A stretch of 64,000 bases of DNA, from contig JAYQLI010000035.1 of NCBI GenBank assembly GCA_038143065.1, positions 2,240,894 to 2,304,893 of the forward strand. The letters run 5' to 3'. Below, piece after piece: positions 54,743 through 64,000 of the stretch. The stretch is from Rhodospirillales bacterium. GTDB lineage: Bacteria; Pseudomonadota; Alphaproteobacteria; Bin95. Position 1 is the stretch's first letter, and each line of letters starts with the position of its first letter. The translations under genes were made by a program, and so were the position numbers. The notes below the pieces were generated by a model. It searched no databases and was not told where the DNA came from. It worked only from the letters and a program-made list of their open reading frames with translations.

Positions 54743-55135
54743 GACCATGTTTTGGTTGGAGGTGACTTGATTTCTATTTGCACAGAGTCTTCTAGGGCCT
54801 CGTGGTAGTGTTTTACGCCCGGAGGATGAACCCATACATCTCCAGGTTCTGCGACCCAACTTTTACCTTCAATAACGACGCGAACCTTTCCAGAGACAAG
54901 ATAGCAGATTGATTCGTGATCAGAATGAGCATGTTCAGGGTCAATTAATCCTTTTGGGCGGTGGGCTTCCATAAAAAGCATACTTTCGCTTGCAATCAGA
55001 GGTTTGATGGCAAGACGTACTTTGTCATCTCCTTCTTCTATTCCCTCTAGTTTTGAGATGATCTCAGCAGAGACATCTTCTATTTTTGCGAAATAATTCA
55101 GGTGAAGGTGGAATTCGACGGGTACTGTTGGACAT
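54739..55135 (-). CDS. Small cupin-domain protein; N-terminal frameshift
   Basis: PEHAH..HESICYLVSG...PGD....PPGV.H motif; frame extends upstream to about 55125 with ATG at 55135 one base out of frame. Confidence 0.75.
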
Positions 55136-55140
55136 ATCGA

Positions 55141-56356
55141 TCATCCCGCCTGTCGGCGGGTCTCTGCGTAGGTTAGTAGTGCAATAAGCATACAGGCAGC
55201 GCTTCCCCAAAACACCCAACGTGGATCTGCATTATCCATAACCCAGCCAAAGATGGCTGGCGTGATAGCATTGCCCAAAGCGAGTCCTGAGGAAGTAAAG
55301 CCGAAAAGTTTTCCCATTTGTCCTGGGGGTGCAATTTGACGGACAAGCATGTCTCGAGCAGGTAGAAGGCTTCCTTGCAAGGCACCAGCAGTTAAGAATG
55401 CAGATGATAGTATTGCAACTGACATTGGTAGAGAGGCAAAGCTAGCAACAAGCGCGGAAAGACTTAAGATTGAAAAGGTGAACAACCGTGCGGGGTTTCC
55501 TGTTCGATCAGCAAGCCAACCTCCAACAATATTTCCAAACGATGCTGCTAGCAGGTAGCCAGTGAGTGCTCCTGCTGCGACCTCTGCGCCAATGCCCCAG
55601 ATTGCCGGCAATGCAGCAACACTAAAGTTTCGAACCCCAGCGAAAGCCATTGCGTAAACCAATTGGAAGATAAATAACATTAGTACTGTCCGCGACAGCA
55701 GAAGTGACAGGCCTTCTTTCGTTGTTCCGTCTCTTGGGGTCGATTGTCATCTGTCTTATGAACTTGACTTGAAATACCTTTTTCTAAGCTGTCTGCATTC
55801 AGAGCAAGAATTATAGAAAAAACTATCCCCGCTAATCCAACGGAAATGAAAGCTGTTTCAATATTAAAGGCAGCAGAAATACCTAGCATTACTATAGGCG
55901 CTGCTGCCCATCCTAGGTTTCCCGCAACAGCGTGAAAACTAAACGCTCGGCCAATCCTCCGTTCTGCGACCTGGTCAGACAGGATGGCAAAATCTGCAGG
56001 ATGGAAAATACTGTTTGCACAACCAGCAATTGCCGCTAGAGGCAATAATGCCCAGTAGGTAGTAACTAGCCCATAACAGGTTACCGCTGCACCTATAATC
56101 GCTACGCCAAAACTAGAAGCTTTGAGGCTCCTAATCGGTCGACAAGGAAGCCAGCAGGGGTTTGGCTAATACCGGTTGCTATTGAAAATACAGTTATCGC
56201 CAGGCCCATTTCTGTAAAGCCAACATTTAGCTTAACCGCCATTAATCCGAATACGGGTGGAAGTACAAACTGATAAAAATGACTTAGAAAATGAGCTGCT
56301 GTGACCAAGCTCACCACTTGAATTTCCTGTAGGGAAAGTGGTTCAGCTGTTTTCAC
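55141..56356 (-). CDS. MFS transporter (Fsr-like); frameshifts near 56100 and 55700
   Basis: AHFLSHFY...LPP, Q.PAGFLVDRLG, NSIFHPAD, GRAFSFH...GNLG, GGWLADR. Confidence 0.85.
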
Positions 56357-57073
56357 GTCCCAAAAACCTCTTTTGCTACTTCAAGGTCAGGTAAAAAGTC
56401 GACTTCCCCCATTTTAGACCTTCAATAGAGCAGGTTTCTACCTGACCTTTTTCTGCCAATACTGCAATTGCCTTGAGATACCACCAATTCAAACCATTGG
56501 AGTGCGCATAGTTTGCTCTAACGTTTCTACGAATGCGTCAGCGCCGCTTTTGTCAAAGCGCGAAAAACCTATCGACTCTCCGTGTGTATCTTCCGGTTCA
56601 AGGGTTTTACCAACGTCTAATAATCGCGATCCTGCCAATTTTACCTTCATATCGTCAGAATCATAATCCGCTTTTTTATCGATCGTCAGCGTGATGGGTG
56701 CTGGGGGAGCTTGTAAAAGTCGTTTCATGATCTCGGGTTGGAAAAGAGTATCACCGTTCAAAAGTAAGAATGGGTCACGCATTTCTTCGCGCGCCATCCA
56801 ACAAGACGCTAAATTGTCTGCAACATTATAAAAGGGGTTAAAAAGGGTGCGGACGTTGAAGCCAGGTTCAGAGGCTTCTTCTGCAGCTTTTTCTACAGCA
56901 GCGGTTCGAAACCCAGTTACTATAACAACCTCGGTTGCACCTCCTGCCTTAAGGGCAGCAAGCTGAACCCCTAGAATTGTGTTCATACCTAGGTTTAGCA
57001 GACACTTTGGTCGATCTTCAGTCAGCGGTAAAAGGCGTGAGCCCTGACCTGCAGACAGGATAATGGTTTTCAT
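56353..57073 (-). CDS. Cytidylyltransferase (LicC/phosphocholine-CT-like NTP transferase); frameshift near 56495
   Basis: IILSAGQGSRLLPLTEDRPKCL, FNPFY.VADNL.SCW, LNGDT, YDSDDMKV, GESIG; other frame WYLKAI...WGEVDFLPDL. Confidence 0.85.
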
Positions 57074-57125
57074 GAGCGCTACTTCTTAGAAATCAAGCCG
57101 AAAGAACTTATAGCAAGCCGATAAC

Positions 57126-57778
57126 TTAGTCCCAATCCTCAATGCGCAATCCGTGACGGCCTGCCACGTCTCGCAAGGGGCGATGTGGGTTAACCGCAAT
57201 TCCATTCTCGGCCCAAAGAAGGATCGGTAGGTCAGTTACGTGGTCGCTGTAAGCCAAAGTTTTTGAAGGGAGAGATCTCCTAAAATGAGTTTGACACGCC
57301 TGAGTTTTTCTTCGCCATAGCAATTTTCGCCATCAAAGTTTCCGCTGACGCGACCTTTTGCTGTCCAGTGTGTGCGAGTAGAGATGATGTCATCAAAGCC
57401 CAGAGTTCGTCCGATTGGATCTGCAATGACGTCCATAGCAGCTGTTGCTAATATCAACCGATCGCCTGCTTCTTGGTGTTTTTTAATGTTTGTTTTGGTT
57501 TGACGGCGGAGTTCGTTTTGAATCCAGACTCTTGCGAAGGTGTTTCCCAAGGTTTCAGCTTCTTCACGAGAAAGGCCCCCAACCACCTCTCGCCACATCA
57601 ATAACTTGATATCATCTCTTCGATAAAGGCCAACAATCTTCAAGAGAGCTGCCAAAATAATCCGGTGAAAAGATAGAAACCGACGTGGCCTCCTAATTGC
57701 AACGTAAAGAATAAATGGGGTAAAGCAGCCTCGCCTAGTTAAAGTTCGATCTAGATCAAAGATGGCTATACCGGACAT
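57126..57778 (-). CDS. HAD-IB family phosphatase; frameshift near 57270
   Basis: IFDLDRTLT (DxD), LATAA, CYGEEK, AYSDH.TDLP, AVNP. Confidence 0.85.
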
Positions 57779-57785
57779 TTAATTT

Positions 57786-58944
57786 TTAACTATTATTCAA
57801 ATACGAAGTTACGGGCTTTCCAGATATTTTTAATATTCCAGCCTGTAAAATTCGAATGAAATGAACTCCAAGGCTAGCTGACACCCATACCGCTACGCCA
57901 ATGAGGCCTAGTTCAGGTGCCCCTAGCATAGCGCTGATCATAAGGATAAAGAGGTTTGGATTTCGTCTCGCTGTGATGGTCCTAAACCAAAAGTCAAAGG
58001 GTCGCCAAATATGTCCCTCAATTTTAAAAATCCAAAGGAATGCACCCTCGTAAACCCTTTGGATCACATATCCGATAACTATCACAGCTAAAGCTAAATC
58101 ATAGTTTGAGAGGAATTCTGGGCCTCGTAAATCAGCTTCAGGAAAGCGCCCACATACCATGCCCACCACCAGAAAGGTGGATGCAGTAGGTCAATTCCAT
58201 GGTCATAAACCTCTCCCCACTTTGATGATGTCATTGTCACGCGGGCAAGTTTACCATCCACCGTATCCAGAAAGGTCATAAGCCATGCCGCGGGAATTGC
58301 CCAAAACCATTGACCTTGCCAGAAACCAAAGAGGGCAAGAAACATCAATATCAAGCTTAAGGTTGTTACTTGGTTGGGCGTGATGCCAGCTGCGGCACAC
58401 CATCTAGTAACAAATCGGGCCGGTGTCGGCCAAACGTATTTGGTTACAAAATCTGTGGCGCCTTTGTATGAAGCGCCAAAAGTCATTTTTTCCAGTTCTG
58501 TTTTGGGAGTGTCACCTAGTTTTGCGGCAAATGGTATGGCGTGCTTCCGAAGAATTGGATCATAAGCGCCTCCAATGGCTTCAGCGGTGCCATATGAGAA
58601 GCCTTCAATTGGGCTTTCTGGCAGAATTCCTGTCATTGACGTAACGACTGCTTTCGCTGCTTTCCTGCCGTTAGCTCTTGCGGCAAGTGCCACGGTTTTT
58701 CTTTATCATGAGAAATTGCGGTTAGAATGAGACCTGGCTGAGCAAGTAAAGCTCTAATTAGTCTTTCCTCAACAACAGCATCTGCGCGGATCAGAAGCAC
58801 AGGCTCTTCAGGTCCTAGTTGACTTACCGCCTTTATGCGTCCCGCACCGGCTCGTGTTGTCAAACGCGCCAGGCGGGTTTCAGGACTAAGACCCCAGAGC
58901 ATTTGGTTTGCCTGGCCTACGATAATCACGGCAATTTCAGTCAT
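57786..58944 (-). CDS. CDP-alcohol phosphotransferase with N-terminal extension; frameshifts near 58695 and 58150
   Basis: ITPNQVT, LDTVDGKLAR...S.WG..YDHGIDLLHPPFWW CDP-AP motif; YKGATDFVTKYVWP; RTITARRNPN. Confidence 0.85.
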
Positions 58945-59074
58945 GGAATAACGAGTAGCCTCAATTTAAAGCCAACAGGCCCTGATCCAGAAGGATCAAA
59001 ATTAGTGGATTTTTGTAGCTGAGTAACCCAGCCGACATAATAATAGCATCTCAGCTAAGGTTATAAAGCAGTCC

Positions 59075-59770
59075 TTAGTGATCGGCGCTGGCGATGGATG
59101 TCCTATCGCCAAAAATCGCACTGCCTACACGAATGTGTGTTGCGCCCAGTTCCACTGCAGCAGGATAATCAGCACTCATGCCCATTGAGACATATGGGAG
59201 GTTTAGCTGATCGGCCATTTGTTTCAGAAATGCGAAATGGGGTGCAGCAACATCTGTTGCGGGAGGTATGCACATTAGCCCAACGATATTGAGAGCGTAC
59301 TTATCAATACAAATTCTAACGAAAGCCTCAGCATCACTTGGCGGTATGCCAGCTTTTTGCTCCTCTTCGCCAGTATTTACTTGTACAAAACATGAGAGGT
59401 TTCGTCCTTCCTCAGTCATGATGCGACTAAGTGTGTGAGCCAAGCGCTCCCTATCAACAGTTTGAATGACATCAAAAAGGCGGACAGCACTTCGCACCTT
59501 GTTAGTCTGCAGGGGGCCAATCAAATGTATCTCTAGATCAGAGAATTTTCTTCTCCGTTTAAGCCAACGAATTTCAGCTTCTTGAACTCGGTTCTCACCA
59601 AAAACGCGGAGACCTGCGGCTAACGATGCATCAATCCGGTCCTCGGGCTGCTGCTTTGAAACCCCTATCAGGCTGATATCTTTTGGATTTCGTCCAGCGT
59701 CGATTGCCGCCTGGGATATTGTCGCTTGAACGGCTTTAAGGTTGCGGACTACTTCTTCTTTTATGTTCAT
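59075..59770 (-). CDS. yggS: PLP homeostasis protein
   Basis: LIGVSKQ, FGENRVQE, HLIGPLQTNK, GLMCIPP, SMGMSADY..A..GATHIRVGSAIFG. Confidence 0.95.
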   Translation of the reverse strand: MNIKEEVVRNLKAVQATISQAAIDAGRNPKDISLIGVSKQQPEDRIDASLAAGLRVFGENRVQEAEIRWLKRRRKFSDLEIHLIGPLQTNKVRSAVRLFDVIQTVDRERLAHTLSRIMTEEGRNLSCFVQVNTGEEEQKAGIPPSDAEAFVRICIDKYALNIVGLMCIPPATDVAAPHFAFLKQMADQLNLPYVSMGMSADYPAAVELGATHIRVGSAIFGDRTSIASADH

Positions 59771-59960
59771 AACAAATACCTCCAAGACAGCTGCTCAATA
59801 CGCCAGATGCACTGAAAAAATCAATCGCAACTCTAGGGCAGAGTAACAAACGCTGGAGGTACGTAGCTTCAACACGCAATGGTTTTATGGAGATCCGCAT
59901 CTCGTGAATTTACATATTAAAACAATAAGTTATTCGACCAGATCTTCATAAGAGGGTTAC

Positions 59961-59996
59961 ATAAAACAATAGGGGCGGCTGGAAAGCCGCCCCTAT
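59961..59996 (-). terminator. Rho-independent terminator of the porin gene
   Basis: 12-bp perfect stem ATAGGGGCGGCT/AGCCGCCCCTAT with 4-nt loop, followed on the minus strand by TGTTTTAT; 22 nt after the porin stop. Confidence 0.85.
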
Positions 59997-60018
59997 CTTT
60001 CAAACTTCTAACTAAATA

Positions 60019-61065
60019 TTAGAATTTGAGGGCAAGACCTGCAGCAACGGCAATACCGTCTGCAACGGTGTTACCAGCAGTAACGCCTTCGAGGTAGTAG
60101 ATCGAAGACTTAGCGGTTACACCTGGGCCAACCTTGTAAGAAGCACCAAGTTCAAATGCATCTTGCTGTTGGTCATTGTCGCTGTCTTCACCACGGATGT
60201 AAGCAACAGACACACCTGCTGGACCAGCATTGTATCCTAAGCCAACGCCGAAGACGTTGTCGTCGGATACTGCTGTATCATCTTCATGTTCGCCGTAAGC
60301 GAAAGAAGCAGTGAAGCCACCGAAGCCGACCTGAAGGCCTCCAGAAAGAGCAGTTTCATTTCCAGCGACAGATCCACCAGCGTCAGCAAAACCAACACTT
60401 GCCTTAACGCTCATGTCAGCAACTGATGTTACGTAGTTAGCTGCAAGACCATAACCGTTGTCGCGGCTTCCATCAGCCTCAAGACCAGCGGTAGATGGGG
60501 TGCGAGCATCGATGTCGTCAGCATCTGGCATAAATGTGGCGCCAACTTGGAACCCATTGATGCGAGGTGAGAAGTAAGTGATCTTGTTTTGATCGTTGTC
60601 GATGCCAGTAGTTCTGCTTGTGGAGCGGAGTGCACCGTTTGCACCGGCGATCCATGCTGCTACGTCACTTTCATCGATGCCGATACCATTGCTTTTCACA
60701 CCATAGTGCATGCGATAGCCAGCGCCGTTATCGGTACCCATTTCGAGGCGGCCGAAGGAGCCTGAAACGTAGAGATACTGCTCGTCGATTGGGTCACCAC
60801 CTGCTTGGTGGCCTTCAACCTGGATTTCGCCGCCGATCTTAAGACCATTGTCGAGGGTCTGGCTGAAACCAATGAAGAATTCGTTATCAGAGAACTGATC
60901 GAACACGTCACTGTTAGCATTAGCTGAATTAGCATTGTCAGAATAACCGAACCACTGTTCCATGTAACCTGATACGGTTACATCAAACTTTGCAGAGGCT
61001 GGTGAAGCCACAGCAACAGCACCAAGGGCTGCTAATGCTGTGGTCGCAAGAAGCGACTTTTTCAT
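60019..61065 (-). CDS. Major outer-membrane porin (Gram-negative porin family)
   Basis: Signal peptide MKKSLLATTALAALG..A.PASA, TLDNGL..G..I..E, GSFGRLEMG, KITYFSP, amphipathic strands, C-terminal Phe. Confidence 0.9.
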   Translation of the reverse strand: MKKSLLATTALAALGAVAVASPASAKFDVTVSGYMEQWFGYSDNANSANANSDVFDQFSDNEFFIGFSQTLDNGLKIGGEIQVEGHQAGGDPIDEQYLYVSGSFGRLEMGTDNGAGYRMHYGVKSNGIGIDESDVAAWIAGANGALRSTSRTTGIDNDQNKITYFSPRINGFQVGATFMPDADDIDARTPSTAGLEADGSRDNGYGLAANYVTSVADMSVKASVGFADAGGSVAGNETALSGGLQVGFGGFTASFAYGEHEDDTAVSDDNVFGVGLGYNAGPAGVSVAYIRGEDSDNDQQQDAFELGASYKVGPGVTAKSSIYYLEGVTAGNTVADGIAVAAGLALKF

Positions 61066-61172
61066 GTTAAAATCCTCTCAAGAGACTAAATTTAAGCAGC
61101 CGACCAATATCGACTACCCGCAATTATTTAGTGAAGGTAAAGGGATTTGGTCAATGTCGAAAATCATTCTAG

Positions 61173-61208
61173 GTTGCACAAAGTCCTCTAGTGTGGTTTT
61201 TGTGCAAC
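61173..61208. promoter_or_regulatory. Inverted repeat upstream of the porin, putative operator
   Basis: GTTGCACAAA-N16-TTTGTGCAAC in the divergent porin/rpmE intergenic region. Confidence 0.4.
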
Positions 61209-61412
61209 ACATAAAAAAGCAGTCACTTGCAAAATTTAGTGACCAAGTCGATGTGCTGGCGAACATATTCGTTATTTTTTGCCAGCGACTTACGGGATCT
61301 TGCTTTTTGGCATGAGGAAAGGGTAAAAGCACCCGTAAAGCACGGCTCCGCTACTCATTTACGGAAGCTTTTGGAGTATGGAGTCAAAAAAACTTTTGAG
61401 GTAACGAGTGTA

Positions 61413-61640
61413 ATGAAGGCCGACATCCACCCCAAGTATCACGAAATCACGGTTATAATGTCAGATGGAAGCGAGTTTAAAACTCGTTCCACATACGGCG
61501 AAGAAGGCGCATCGCTACGCCTAGATATTGACCCAAAAGTTCATCCTGCTTGGACTGGTGGGAACACGCATTTGGTTGATACCGGTGGCCGCGTTGGTCG
61601 CTTTAATAAGCGATTTGGCAGCTTTGGCTTGAAAAAGTAA
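61413..61640 (+). CDS. rpmE: 50S ribosomal protein L31
   Basis: [10 protein letters not shown]...LDIDP..HPAWTGG...GGRV.RFNKRF. Confidence 0.97.
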   Translation: MKADIHPKYHEITVIMSDGSEFKTRSTYGEEGASLRLDIDPKVHPAWTGGNTHLVDTGGRVGRFNKRFGSFGLKK

Positions 61641-61661
61641 ATATCAGAAGTCCAGACAATC

Positions 61662-62830
61662 ATGGCTAACAGGCTCACGCCTTTTGACTTTGATCTTGGC
61701 GAGGCCGCTGAAATGCTGCGCGAAAGCGTTTCCAGTTTCGCAACCGATCAAATCGCGCCCATTGCTGCTGACATAGATCGCAATAATGAGTTCTCTAGAT
61801 CGCTTTGGAATAAGATGGGCGACATGGGCCTCCTCGGTATTACAGTCGAGGAAGAATACGGCGGTGCTGGGATGGGATATCTCGAGCACATGGTTGCCGT
61901 TGAGGAGTTGTCGCGCGCGTCAGGTGCGGTAGGTTTAAGTTATGGAGCTCACTCCAATCTCTGTGTGAACCAGCTTCGTCGGAATGGAAACGAAGAACAA
62001 AAGCGTCGTTACCTTCCAAAACTTATTTCAGGCGAGCATGTTGGAGCCCTTTCGATGAGTGAACCTGGCGCGGGTTCGGACGTTGTTGGGCTTCGTACGC
62101 GCGCTGAAAAAAAAGGGGATCGTTACATTATAAATGGCTCAAAGATGTGGTGTACGAATGGGCCAGATGCGGATACTCTTGTCGTTTATGCTCGATCGAA
62201 GGCGGATGCGGGACCCCGAGGTATAACGGCTTTCATTATCGAGAAAAGCTTTAAAGGCTTTAAGGCATCAAAAAACTGGACAAATTGGGCATGCGAGGGT
62301 CTTCCACCTCTGAGCTTGTCTTTGAAGACTGTGAAGTTCCTGAGGAAAACGTTCTCGGCCAAGTAGACGAGGGTGTGCGTGTACTAATGTCCGGCCTGGA
62401 CTATGAGCGCTTAGTTCTATCAGGTGGCCCGCTGGGTTTAATGCAAGCAGCGATGGATGTAGTAATCCCGTATGTGCATGAGCGAGAACAATTCGGCCAG
62501 GCAATTGGCGAATTCCAGCTGATGCAGGGGAAGATCGCTGATATGTACGTAACGCTTAACGCCTCTAAGGCATATGCGTATGCCGTTGCTAAGTCTTGTG
62601 ACCGAGGTGATACGACTAGGATCGATGCGGCAGGTGTAATTCTTTACACTGCGGAGCGTGCAACGTGGATGGCGCTAGAGGCAATTCAATGCCTTGGAGG
62701 CAATGGTTATATTAATGACTATCCTACCGGTCGGTTGCTTCGTGATGCGAAAATTTATGAGATTGGTGCAGGAACCTCTGAAATCCGGCGTTGGTTAATA
62801 GGCCGTGAGTTATTCCAAGCAACAGCCTGA
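61662..62830 (+). CDS. ivd: Isovaleryl-CoA dehydrogenase; frameshift in the A-run near 62270-62275
   Basis: [68 protein letters not shown]. Confidence 0.92.
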
Positions 62831-62963
62831 TAGCCAGAAGTCAGAAGCTTCCCGCTCAACCTTTAAAATGTAATAGTGGCTATCTCAAATTTTTGCTTCT
62901 GACCTTTTAGACGCTGAGGTCAACCAGGCCTTGCGCTTCCTTATCAGTTTAGTGGGTGAACCA

Positions 62964-63239
62964 ATGAATCTTGATGATCTCTATACGGTGATTGCATCTC
63001 GCAAAGGGGGCAATCCAGAGGAAAGTTATACTGCTAGTCTCTTCGATAAAGGGATTGCTAAAATTGCCCAAAAGGTGGGCGAGGAGGCGGTTGAGACCGT
63101 TATTGATGGCATTTCTGGTCCAAAAGAACGCGTGATTTCAGAAAGTGCCGACCTTTTATATCACCTGCTTGTGCTATGGGCGGCGCGCGACGTTAAGCCT
63201 GACGAGATTTGGGCTGAGCTCGGTAAGCGAGTGAGGTAA
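62964..63239 (+). CDS. hisE: Phosphoribosyl-ATP pyrophosphatase
   Basis: SYTASL..KG...IAQKVGEEAVE, ESADLLYHLLVL. Confidence 0.95.
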   Translation: MNLDDLYTVIASRKGGNPEESYTASLFDKGIAKIAQKVGEEAVETVIDGISGPKERVISESADLLYHLLVLWAARDVKPDEIWAELGKRVR

Positions 63240-63256
63240 GGGGAGGCTAGACGATC

Positions 63257-63637
63257 ATGGCGACATATGACGATCAGAATATCTTTGCCAAAATTTTACG
63301 AGGAGAAATACCGAACTATACGGTGATAGAGAATGAACACGCGTTGGCCTTTCGGGATATAGCTCCTGCTGCTCCAACCCATGTACTGGTGATCCCAAAA
63401 GGCAAGTATGTAACCTTTCGTGACTTTGCTCGGGTTGGGTCTAAAGAGGAGCACTCAGCGTTTATTTCTGCTGTCGCTGATGTTGTTGAGGCAGAGGGGT
63501 TATCTGAAGACGGGTATCGCCTAATTGTTAATAACGGTCCAAATGGTCGTCAGGAAGTGCCCCATATTCACATGCATGTTGTAGGTGGGCGAGACGTAGG
63601 CCCAATGCTTAAACGTTGGAATAAAGATGAAAGCTGA
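63257..63637 (+). CDS. Histidine triad (HIT/HinT) nucleotide-binding protein
   Basis: NIFAKILRGEIP, AFRDIAP.AP.HVLVIPK, QEVPHIHMHV. Confidence 0.93.
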   Translation: MATYDDQNIFAKILRGEIPNYTVIENEHALAFRDIAPAAPTHVLVIPKGKYVTFRDFARVGSKEEHSAFISAVADVVEAEGLSEDGYRLIVNNGPNGRQEVPHIHMHVVGGRDVGPMLKRWNKDES

Positions 63638-64000
63638 TTGGACTAACGCATCTCACGAGGATGTTGCTGCCATAAAAGAGTGGTTTGATGATTGGGGCGA
63701 CATGGTAGCGACCCAGCGCTTTGAAGATGCCCGTGAACTTTTCGACCCGGCGGCGATAGGCTTCGGCACTTGGATGGATTTAGTTGAGGGGCTTGATCAA
63801 CTTGAAGCAAAACAGTGGCGCTCAATTTGGGGTACAATTTCAGGCTTTCGCCATGAGACAACCAAAACTTTAAAGGTCATTGTGTCTCCCGACCGACTGA
63901 TGGCGTCTGGTCTTGCAACGTGGACCTCGATTGGCTTCCATGAAGGTGGGGAACAGTACGAGCGACCGGGGCGAACTACATCTATTTTTGTTCGGGGGGC
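63627..64000 (+). CDS. NTF2/SnoaL-like family protein, runs off the window
   Basis: Manual translation, open to the window end: MKADW...IKEWFDDW...RFEDARELF...FGTW...GLDQLEAKQW..IW...WTSIGF....RPGRTT. Confidence 0.7.
   Translation, partial: MKADWTNASHEDVAAIKEWFDDWGDMVATQRFEDARELFDPAAIGFGTWMDLVEGLDQLEAKQWRSIWGTISGFRHETTKTLKVIVSPDRLMASGLATWTSIGFHEGGEQYERPGRTTSIFVRG

Noticed and set aside
58960-59070. TPP riboswitch (GCTGAGA and CTGATC words present)
   Set aside because: Elements are in the wrong order or strand and the downstream gene is unrelated to thiamine
61413-61640. Zinc-free L31 paralogue induced by zinc starvation
   Set aside because: Cys-less L31 is the normal single form in alphaproteobacteria

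Overview
Core-plus-accessory chromosomal segment of an alphaproteobacterium, probably marine and heterotrophic (inferred from gene families and gene order). Housekeeping blocks: rplU-rpmA-obgE-proB-proA-nadD-rsfS-rlmH, pyrD, accBC, amgK-murU-addB-addA-trxA, fabG-acpP-fabF-mltG-yicC-gmk, nrdAB, apt, yggS, porin, rpmE, ivd and hisE-HIT. These are interleaved with organic N/S scavenging enzymes. About 20 genes, including normally essential ones, are split by single-base indels (mostly in homopolymers), and three carry premature stops that one G>T change would explain, so the sequence looks error-prone rather than truly pseudogenised. No rRNA, tRNA, CRISPR array, IS or prophage was recognised. Best candidates for new biology: (1) a tightly coupled operon at 32991-38105 encoding a thiol-dioxygenase-like cupin, a TauD dioxygenase, a di-haem-b-type membrane protein and a cytoplasmic Mo-bisPGD enzyme with an N-terminally fused four-cluster Fe-S domain; (2) a CDP-alcohol phosphotransferase/HAD/cytidylyltransferase module resembling anionic sphingolipid head-group genes; (3) a nodF/nodE-like ACP-KAS pair; (4) an orphan lptD; (5) an ATP-cone-less nrdAB with both LexA-type and NrdR-type boxes upstream.
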